32,000 nt of DNA. Source: Nitrosopumilus maritimus SCM1. GTDB taxonomy: Archaea > Thermoproteota > Nitrososphaeria > Nitrososphaerales > Nitrosopumilaceae. Below, piece by piece: positions 1-7,013 of this stretch. The stretch is taken from contig NC_010085.1 in assembly GCF_000018465.1 (NCBI RefSeq), positions 1,110,001 to 1,142,000 of the forward strand. The letters run 5' to 3'. The translations under genes were made by a program, and so were the position numbers. The notes beneath the pieces were generated by a model. It did not search any database and was not told the origin of the DNA. It saw only the letters and a program-made list of their open reading frames with translations. Position 1 is the stretch's first letter. Each line of letters starts with the position of its first letter.

Positions 1-718
1 CATGGTGTTGATATACTTGAGCATGCATTAGATAGCGTCCCAATCGATAGTTTTCAATTGAGTCTTTTCCTTTATCCTGAATGCAAATTCTTTGTTCGTC
101 TGTTTCAGTACTAGTTATAGTGTGGATTATTCTTGCTAAATCAAATTGTCCGTAAGCAACACCAATATGATATGAATCTCTTCGTAGATAATCCATCTTA
201 TCTACATCTAATGCACTTGAAATAACATCACTTGCCAGAGTACTCAATCCTGAATCCCAATCAGAAACAGGTTTGTGGTCTAACAGTTGGATTATTTTTT
301 GAGATTTATCACCTAAAATACTTTGAAGTTCAGGGTTTTTTGAAATGATCAACATAGAAATCCATTCATGATCAATTTTGTTTTCATTAACATTTGAGAT
401 TACGGATTCAAATAGATGAGAATAGGGTCCATGTCCAACATCATGAAGTAATGCAGCCAGTCTTACAATTTCTTTAGTAGTATCATCAAAATTCAATTGA
501 TCACATACTTTACCTGCAAGATGCGTAGCCCCAAGAGAGTGTTCAAATCTAGTATGAATTGCAGTTGGATAAACAACAAATGCATGAGATAGTTGTTTTA
601 TGTTCAACAATCGACGGAAGGGTGAAGAGTCAATCACCTGTTGTTCAGTTTTTGAAATATCTATAAAGCCATACAGAGGATCTCTAATGGATTTATACTT
701 AAAATCAATTTTTGACAA
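1..718 (-). CDS. HD-domain phosphohydrolase, SAMHD1/dGTPase-like (COG1078-type). About 239 N-terminal codons are in the window; the C-terminus lies beyond the window start
   Basis: Absent from the ORF track because it runs off the window. My minus-strand translation from TTG at 718 reads (M)SKIDFKYKSIRDPLYGFIDISKTEQQVIDSSPFRRLLNIKQLSHAFVVYPTAIHTRFEHSLGATHLAGKV..LAALLHDVGHGPYSHLFE..DVDKMDYLRRDSYHIGVAYGQFD..YQHH. It has the H...HD metal-binding motif and the D-x-D..YL-x-RD motif typical of this family. In-frame TAG and TGA codons immediately upstream force the TTG start, which overlaps the upstream gene by 14 nt. Confidence 0.8.
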   Translation of the reverse strand, partial: MSKIDFKYKSIRDPLYGFIDISKTEQQVIDSSPFRRLLNIKQLSHAFVVYPTAIHTRFEHSLGATHLAGKVCDQLNFDDTTKEIVRLAALLHDVGHGPYSHLFESVISNVNENKIDHEWISMLIISKNPELQSILGDKSQKIIQLLDHKPVSDWDSGLSTLASDVISSALDVDKMDYLRRDSYHIGVAYGQFDLARIIHTITSTETDEQRICIQDKGKDSIENYRLGRYLMHAQVYQHH

Positions 719-1259
719 TATTCACTAATTTTAATTCTTTAAGAAGTCCTACACCTTGAGATACATCATCAGGAGTAAGCTCCCAACCAAGTTTTTCTGC
801 AGTTTTTATTGCATCATCATAATCCATTACTTTTTCTTTATCAGGATTGTTTTCCAACATAAAATACATTTTTGCAGCATATGAAAGAGGTGCAGTTTTT
901 AATTTACAAAATTTATCACATGTAGATACCAAATATTTAATTTTTTGATATTCTGTAGGAAATGTAGATTTTACATGATTTGCCATATCTTGCCCATCAG
1001 GGGTTAAACGATACTTATAGCCCTCATGCATTTTTCCAGGAATTTTAATTTCATCAATAAAAGAATAGGTAACCATTTTTTCTAAAGCTAAACTAAGTTC
1101 TGGACTGTAAGGACCATAATAGTGAGGTTTGTAAACAGGGAGTGTAAGTCCTTCAATAGTTTTGTTTGAAAGGTATACTAGTTTATGGATCGCTGTTCGT
1201 CCAACAATTTCACCATTGTTTGAATCAAGTATTGATTCAACAGTTTCATAAACATCCAC
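705..1259 (-). CDS. Small partner protein of the HD hydrolase. Winged-helix-like, possibly DUF4065/SocA-Panacea-like or YwgA-like (tentative)
   Basis: 184-aa ORF with a GTG start, the first start codon after an in-frame TGA. The pattern GRTAIHKLVYLS..YYGPYSPEL..GYKYRLTPDG recalls DUF4065/Panacea-type proteins plus a wHTH wing; this assignment is from memory only. The 3' end overlaps the HD gene start, indicating an operon. Confidence 0.55.
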   Translation of the reverse strand: MDVYETVESILDSNNGEIVGRTAIHKLVYLSNKTIEGLTLPVYKPHYYGPYSPELSLALEKMVTYSFIDEIKIPGKMHEGYKYRLTPDGQDMANHVKSTFPTEYQKIKYLVSTCDKFCKLKTAPLSYAAKMYFMLENNPDKEKVMDYDDAIKTAEKLGWELTPDDVSQGVGLLKELKLVNIVKN

Positions 1260-1484
1260 AATACAACACCAACAAATTAATCAAATGTTCCACGTATATG
1301 ACATTTTTAAAAATATCTCAGATCTAAGTTGATTTGTTAATGATTTTAACTTGACACTTTCCAAAAACAAATTATTCAAGAGATAAAATTATCTGGAAAT
1401 AAATAAAACATGAGGTTATTATGGTATTACCTTTTAAGAATCAACTTTTTAGGAAGAAGTCTCCAACAGATAGGGATCTAAAAA

Positions 1485-2732
1485 TTGTATAAATTTGCAC
1501 ATGTTTCAGATATTCACCTAGGATTTCAAGACAAAAAAGAACTTCAAAAAATAGAACAAGAGGTATTTGAAGAAGTGGTTTGCACATGCATAAAACAAAA
1601 AGTAGATTTTGTGTTGATTACAGGTGATTTATTTCATAGAAACCTTCCAGAAATGAGAGTTCAAAGATTTGCATTTAAAAATTTCAAAAAACTTTATGAT
1701 GCAAAAATTCCAATTTATGTAGTATATGGCAGCCATGATTTTAGCCCTATAGAATACTCAGTGATAGATCTACTAACAGATGTGGGATACTTAACCAAAG
1801 TTTCAAAGGAACACACAAACAATGAAAAAACAGAATTAGATTTTACTGAAGACCCAAAAACAAAAGTGAAATTAGTAGGAATTTCAGGCAGAACAGCAGG
1901 AATAGATAAAGAAAATTATGAAAATTTGGAACTACCAGTACTAGATAATAGCTTTAAGATATTTTTGTTTCATATTGGTATTGATGAACTAAACTCTAGT
2001 TCAGAAATCGATACTAATTCAATACCCATAGAATCATTGCCAAAAGGATTCGACTATTATGCAGGAGGACATGTACATGTTTTCTCACACAAACAGGTTA
2101 AGAATTTAGGAGAAATATGTTATCCAGGAACCCCATTTGCAGGATATCATAGTGATTTAGAAGAAAACGCCAAGCAAGTTAAAAGAGGATTTGTAATAGT
2201 TGAGTTTGACAATAAAATTAAAAATGTAAAATTTTGTGAAATAAAAAAAACAGATTATGAGTTATTAGAATTTAATGCAAATGGAAAAACCGCAAATGCA
2301 TTAAACATAGAGATTTTAAAAAAAATATCACAAATCATACCCGAAAATAAAATAATATTATTAAAAGTACAAGGAGAATTGAAATCTGGAAAAACAACCG
2401 AAGTGAATTTTATAGAATTTAAAGAAAAATTATTACAGTCAGGAGCAAGAGAAGTTAATGTAAATAGAATTAATTTATTCTCAAAAAAATACCATATTGA
2501 AAAAATTGAAGCAGGGAAAAAAGAAGAGTTAGAAAATAAAATTTTTGAGGAAAATATTAAAAAAATCAAAACTGAGCAACCAGAACTAAGTGGCGAAAAA
2601 GGAATTCTTTTTGCAAAAGAATTACTCCAATTTTTAAAAGAACCAATAAACACAAATGAAAAGAAAATAGATTATCAAAAAAGAATTAGTGCAGCAGTTT
2701 TAGCAATGATGGGAATTGAAATGGAAAAATGA
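1485..2732 (+). CDS. Mre11/SbcD-like metallophosphoesterase nuclease, island-borne paralogue
   Basis: 415-aa ORF. The TTG start is forced by an in-frame TAA at 1479-1481. Calcineurin-type motifs occur in Mre11 order: HVSDIHLG (I), ITGDLFH (II), GSHD (III), LFHIG (IV), GGHVH (V). By eye it aligns with the canonical Mre11 at 30342 (VDFV..GD.FH). An ATGA stop/start overlap joins it to the next gene. Confidence 0.85.
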   Translation: MYKFAHVSDIHLGFQDKKELQKIEQEVFEEVVCTCIKQKVDFVLITGDLFHRNLPEMRVQRFAFKNFKKLYDAKIPIYVVYGSHDFSPIEYSVIDLLTDVGYLTKVSKEHTNNEKTELDFTEDPKTKVKLVGISGRTAGIDKENYENLELPVLDNSFKIFLFHIGIDELNSSSEIDTNSIPIESLPKGFDYYAGGHVHVFSHKQVKNLGEICYPGTPFAGYHSDLEENAKQVKRGFVIVEFDNKIKNVKFCEIKKTDYELLEFNANGKTANALNIEILKKISQIIPENKIILLKVQGELKSGKTTEVNFIEFKEKLLQSGAREVNVNRINLFSKKYHIEKIEAGKKEELENKIFEENIKKIKTEQPELSGEKGILFAKELLQFLKEPINTNEKKIDYQKRISAAVLAMMGIEMEK

Positions 2733-5149
2733 TTCTAAAGTCTATTCAATTAAACAATATCAGAAGTTACACTAATGAAATTATAGAATTTCCTCTTGGA
2801 ATTACACTATTTGAAGGGGATATTGGTTCAGGAAAATCCACAATTTTAATGGCAATCGAATTTAGTCTCTTTGGAATAGGCAACAACAAAGGAAACTCGT
2901 TATTAAAGACTAATGAAGATGAAGGATTTACTAAATTAGAATTTAGTGTAGAGGGTAAAAAATATGAAATATGTAGAAAATTAAAAAGAAAAAACAAATC
3001 AATAAGTCAGAATAGTGGATACATAATTGAAAATGAAAAAAAGACAACACTCTCAGCAACAGAATTAAAAAAACGCATTATTCAAATTTTAAAATTCAAT
3101 GAATCAAGTGAAAGTAGAGCACATAGCAGAATATTTCGATATGCAGTATATACACCACAAGAAGAAATGAAAATGATACTATCAGATTCAGAAAAACGTT
3201 TGGAAACAATTCGAAAGGCATTTGAAATGGATGCATACAAAAATGCAATTTTAAATTCAGATTTAATCGCCAATATTTTAGATAAAATTTCTGTAAGCCT
3301 AGAAACCACAGTACAAAACCTACAGAAAAAAGAAAAAGAATATTTTGAAACTCAAAAAGCTATTGCAAACGCACATAGGGATCAAAATGAATTATCAATG
3401 GAAATAAAAAATTTAGAAAAGAGGAAAGAATTCGTTGAAGAGAATTTAAATCAGTTAAAAAATAAAGAGAAAGATCTCATAAAATTTTATGAAGAGCAAA
3501 AACACATTATAGAAAAAATTAAAAAAACAGAAAAAGAAATCAAAGAAAAAAATGATGAAATTATAAAATATGAGAAAAAAATTGCATTGAATAAAAACAA
3601 TATTTCTAAATTAAAATCAATAAAAAAACCCACAACCATGTCAATAAAACAAATCGATACGAAAATAGAAAAATATCGAAGAGATGAAGATTTGTTAACA
3701 AATATAAAAATCAAAATAGAAAAAATGAATTCCAGATTAGATACGTTGTCAAAAATTCTTGGAAAAAATGAGAAAAATACGCCTAAAAAATTAGAACAGA
3801 GTATAAAAAATTTAGAAGAAAGTATAGAGATTGAAAAAAATCAATTAAAAAATATGGAAAAAAATAAGAATGAATTACTAAAAATTGAAACTCAATTAGA
3901 AGTACAAACAGAAGAAATTGAAAAAAGACTGAAAAAAATTTCAAAATTAGATTTTAAATGTCCCACTTGTGAGCAAATAATTGAAGAAAAATATGTTAAA
4001 AAAATTCAAAATGAAAATAAAAACCAATTATTAAAAAATAAAAAAATGATAGAAGAAATCATTAGTAAAAATAAATTTAATGAAGATTCGATTCTTGAAT
4101 TACAATCAAAAATTAGCAAAATTGAAGAATTATTAAAAAAATCAGTTTCACAAAGACCATACTTAGTAGAATATTTACAAATAAAAGAAAATCACAATGA
4201 AGAAATAATTCTAAAAAAGAAGTTAGAGAGAAAAATACAGCAAGAAAATAAATCTGAATTTAATGATCCTATAAAATATTATTTAGAACTTAATAATAAA
4301 TTACAAAATTATGAAAAAGCCAAAGAAGATATAAAAAAAATTACAGAGGAAAGTAGAGAATTTAGAATTAAAATTCTTACTTTAGAAAAAAATTTACGTA
4401 ATTCCAATAAAAAATTAGAAATTGATACAAGACGTCAAGATGAACTAAATAAGGAAATTTTATCTTTCAAAAATATTCAAAACGATATAAAAAAATATTC
4501 AAAATATGTAACTGAAGTTAATGACAAATATCTTCTAATAAATAAAAAAAGTGCGTCAATTGAAACTAGAAAAAAATTTCTTGACGATGAACTTCAAAAG
4601 ATAAAGATTGAAATAGAAAATTCAGAAATCGCGAAGAAAAAATACGACCGATGTAATAATTTTCATGAGTGGTTAAAAGGATTTTTCGTTCCAATTGTAG
4701 ATATAATGGAAGCAAAAATAATGCAATATCTTCAATATGATTTTAACAACATATATCAAAACTGGTATTCTATTTTGGTAGAAGATCCATCTAAAGAATC
4801 TAGAATAGATGATGATTTTACACCAATTGTAGAGCAAGAAGGGTATGAAATGGAAATACACCATTTAAGCGGAGGAGAAAAAACAAGTATTGCATTAGCA
4901 TATAGATTAACTTTAAACAGTATGTTAAGAAGAGAAACTGAAAGTTTAAAATCCAATTTATTGATTTTGGATGAACCAACATACGGGTTTAGCAAATCTC
5001 AGCTTTCAAAAGTCAAATCCATTCTAACAGAATTAAAATCAGAACAAATAATCCTAGTATCTCATGAAAAAGAATTAGAAGGATACGCACAAAATATTTT
5101 TCAAGTTACAAAAGAAAACGGAATATCTAAGATTTCTAGACTAAGTTAA
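2729..5149 (+). CDS. Rad50/SbcC-like SMC-family ATPase with a central zinc hook, island-borne paralogue
   Basis: 806 aa. Motifs: Walker A GDIGSGKST (aa 30-38), Q-loop YTPQEE, CPTC zinc hook at aa 411-414 (nt 3959-3970) in the middle of a long K/E/N-rich coiled coil, signature LSGGEKTS, Walker B LLILDEPT, H-loop VSHEKE. Confidence 0.88.
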   Translation: MILKSIQLNNIRSYTNEIIEFPLGITLFEGDIGSGKSTILMAIEFSLFGIGNNKGNSLLKTNEDEGFTKLEFSVEGKKYEICRKLKRKNKSISQNSGYIIENEKKTTLSATELKKRIIQILKFNESSESRAHSRIFRYAVYTPQEEMKMILSDSEKRLETIRKAFEMDAYKNAILNSDLIANILDKISVSLETTVQNLQKKEKEYFETQKAIANAHRDQNELSMEIKNLEKRKEFVEENLNQLKNKEKDLIKFYEEQKHIIEKIKKTEKEIKEKNDEIIKYEKKIALNKNNISKLKSIKKPTTMSIKQIDTKIEKYRRDEDLLTNIKIKIEKMNSRLDTLSKILGKNEKNTPKKLEQSIKNLEESIEIEKNQLKNMEKNKNELLKIETQLEVQTEEIEKRLKKISKLDFKCPTCEQIIEEKYVKKIQNENKNQLLKNKKMIEEIISKNKFNEDSILELQSKISKIEELLKKSVSQRPYLVEYLQIKENHNEEIILKKKLERKIQQENKSEFNDPIKYYLELNNKLQNYEKAKEDIKKITEESREFRIKILTLEKNLRNSNKKLEIDTRRQDELNKEILSFKNIQNDIKKYSKYVTEVNDKYLLINKKSASIETRKKFLDDELQKIKIEIENSEIAKKKYDRCNNFHEWLKGFFVPIVDIMEAKIMQYLQYDFNNIYQNWYSILVEDPSKESRIDDDFTPIVEQEGYEMEIHHLSGGEKTSIALAYRLTLNSMLRRETESLKSNLLILDEPTYGFSKSQLSKVKSILTELKSEQIILVSHEKELEGYAQNIFQVTKENGISKISRLS

Positions 5150-5219
5150 CAAAAGTGGAAAAAAAATTTAGAAAATAAATATCAATAAATGTTACAATGG
5201 AGATTTTTCACATATTTTT
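5150..5219. terminator. Convergent intergenic region with oligo-T runs on both strands; putative archaeal terminators
   Basis: Lies between the convergent rad50-like (+) and parA-like (-) genes. The plus strand has ATTTTTC and TATTTTTC near 5203-5219. The minus strand has a T8 run (complement of GGAAAAAAAATTT at ~5158-5170). Archaeal termination uses oligo-T tracts. Confidence 0.35.
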
Positions 5220-6212
5220 CTAGATGTTAGCGATGATTTTTTTTGCCAATTTTTCAAAATCAGCTTTACATTTAAGAGAATTCTCTTTATGAATTCCTAC
5301 GATTCCAGGTCCACTTAATTCAAAAATAGGTTTTTTCATTTGTTGAGATTTAGGAGCTAAACTGTGATAACTTTTAAAATTCCCTAATTTGTACGATCCA
5401 TTATTCAAATCAAGGACCATATTTTCATCAATTTCTCTTAATTTAGAAATGAGTTTTTCTTCTATAATTTGAGGTACTTGAGCAGACCAATGTTTCCATG
5501 CTTTGGTTTCAACGCCACGATAAATATTGAATTGTTGGTTGATGTAACCTGCAAAAACAGGTTTACCATCTTGAAGATCAATTGTCAATGATTCATTATT
5601 TTGAATAAATCGATTTTTTGCATTTGTCCAATCATCAATCCATTTTTTAAAAGTTATACCAATATTTTCTAATCCTCGAAGAGAAAATAAATCAGGTACA
5701 AGAGGTACAAAGAAATAATCACAAGATAACAACACAGAACGATTCAAACTTCCTAAGTTAGGTCCAACATCAACTAAAACATAGTCTATATCATTTGCAT
5801 TAGCAATTTTTTTGATCAACCTATAAATTGAAGACGTTCGTCTAAAACCAATTTCGTTACCTGCAAGAGTGTCAGTCCAAGCAGAAGAAAGTAATTCTTC
5901 AAAACCACTAAGAAGTAGATCACCTGCAATTAGACGTATTTCTCTATCTTTAACTTTGTATGGTTTAATATCAGCAATATCACCAGTACCTTTGATTAAA
6001 GGTTCAACTGCATAAAATACACTGTTTTGTGTTTTCCACAATGTATCAAGTTCATCATCAGTACAAATACACGACGTTAGATTACACTGTGGATCTAAAT
6101 CCACAAATAAAATTTTCTTCCCCATTTTCTCTAAGGCATAACCTAAATGAAACAAAAAAGTAGTTTTTCCAACACCGCCTTTATTATTGAATAAGACGAT
6201 ATTTTGAGCCAT
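5220..6212 (-). CDS. ParA/Soj-family ATPase with an extended C-terminal region
   Basis: 330 aa. Has the deviant Walker A NNKGGVGKTT, then VDLDPQCN, then Walker B-like DYVLVDVGPNLG. Roughly 100 aa follow the core ATPase. No ParB-like gene is adjacent. Confidence 0.85.
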   Translation of the reverse strand: MAQNIVLFNNKGGVGKTTFLFHLGYALEKMGKKILFVDLDPQCNLTSCICTDDELDTLWKTQNSVFYAVEPLIKGTGDIADIKPYKVKDREIRLIAGDLLLSGFEELLSSAWTDTLAGNEIGFRRTSSIYRLIKKIANANDIDYVLVDVGPNLGSLNRSVLLSCDYFFVPLVPDLFSLRGLENIGITFKKWIDDWTNAKNRFIQNNESLTIDLQDGKPVFAGYINQQFNIYRGVETKAWKHWSAQVPQIIEEKLISKLREIDENMVLDLNNGSYKLGNFKSYHSLAPKSQQMKKPIFELSGPGIVGIHKENSLKCKADFEKLAKKIIANI

Positions 6213-6445
6213 AAGACAGGTATTGTTATGAAACTAAAAGTTAAATCTGTTTGCCATAATACTATAAGAAAAACTATAGAATTCATACACATTAAAAATT
6301 AGATAGTGGGTTTGATTTTCTATATAAACAAAATTGATATAAATTGAGAAAACAAACAAAAATTAGAAAATAGACTATGTATTGACTGGAGTTCTACATA
6401 AAATACACACAAAGCATCTAATACAAATTTTGCACAAAATTCCAT

Positions 6446-6604
6446 ATGAGAGTTGATTCGTGCCGTAATTGTGGATATGTGTTAAATGTTCTAAAATACT
6501 GCAATGTATGTGCACAGCCTCTCCAGCTAAAGTGTTCACACTGCCTGAAATATGCCGATGATCCAATTCACTCTGTATGTGCTTCCAAGATTGCATTGTG
6601 CTAA
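6446..6604 (+). CDS. Small zinc-ribbon protein (52 aa), not listed in the ORF track
   Basis: My plus-strand translation is MRVDSCRNCGYVLNVLKYCNVCAQPLQLKCSHCLKYADDPIHSVCASKIALC*. It has three evenly spaced CxxC pairs (C6/C9, C19/C22, C30/C33) plus H42, C45 and C52. It is preceded by an AT-rich region shared divergently with parA. It competes with the listed 73-aa minus-strand ORF, which has no regular motif. Confidence 0.45.
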   Translation: MRVDSCRNCGYVLNVLKYCNVCAQPLQLKCSHCLKYADDPIHSVCASKIALC

Positions 6605-6611
6605 TTTTGCA

Positions 6612-7013
6612 TCATTTCAGCATATTCAGGCACGACTTGAAACCAGATTTACGGTTACGTCGTAGCAATTTCAGGACAGTATCAAATTTGGCAGAATCAA
6701 GGAATTTTTGAATTATACGAAGATCAGCAAAAGTGGTACGACCAGCATGAGAATTTATCTCATTAAACGACTTTGCAAACGAACCTGATTTGTAACGCCC
6801 TCTAGATTTTTTAAAAGCTGAAACTATTGCAACGCCAGCCAAACTACCACAAATAGATACAGTGTCATGAGATTCGATTTTAGAAAAGGATTCAGAAATT
6901 ACTTCTTTAGAGATTCTGTGAAATGCGTCACCATTGTTTTTTCTAGCAGAAATAATTTCAGAATAAATCACATCCACATATTCCAGTGAGCTATAAAACA
7001 ATCTGTCATTCAT
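6612..7013 (-). CDS. Hypothetical protein (133 aa), last gene of a three-gene overlapping operon
   Basis: The ORF start overlaps the end of the 500-aa gene by 8 nt. I recognise no motif. Confidence 0.6.
   Translation of the reverse strand: MNDRLFYSSLEYVDVIYSEIISARKNNGDAFHRISKEVISESFSKIESHDTVSICGSLAGVAIVSAFKKSRGRYKSGSFAKSFNEINSHAGRTTFADLRIIQKFLDSAKFDTVLKLLRRNRKSGFKSCLNMLK

Noticed and set aside
1410-1481. A 23-codon upstream ORF (MRLLWYYLLRINFLGRSLQQIGI) ending just before the island mre11-like start.
   Set aside because: It is very short with no supporting signal and is probably a chance ORF in the promoter or leader region.
3300-4700. An apparent A-rich repetitive tract (many AAAAAA, GAAAAA and AAATTA units) that could be mistaken for a tandem repeat or array.
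   Set aside because: I can see no fixed period or repeat-spacer organisation. It is the lysine/glutamate/asparagine-rich coiled coil of the Rad50-like protein in a continuous reading frame with a central zinc hook.
2255-4995. Six minus-strand ORFs (2255-2653, 2767-2997, 3082-3309, 3487-3714, 4673-4864, 4756-4995) lying inside the island mre11/rad50-like genes.
   Set aside because: They are F/I/S/L-rich low-complexity mirror images of the K/E/N-rich sense frames. They are fully contained in genes with strong catalytic motifs and have no motifs of their own.
6375-6596. The listed 73-aa minus-strand ORF.
   Set aside because: It has an irregular Cys/His distribution and no recognisable fold. 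The opposite strand encodes a regular triple-CxxC zinc ribbon and gives a more sensible promoter layout. The rejection is tentative.
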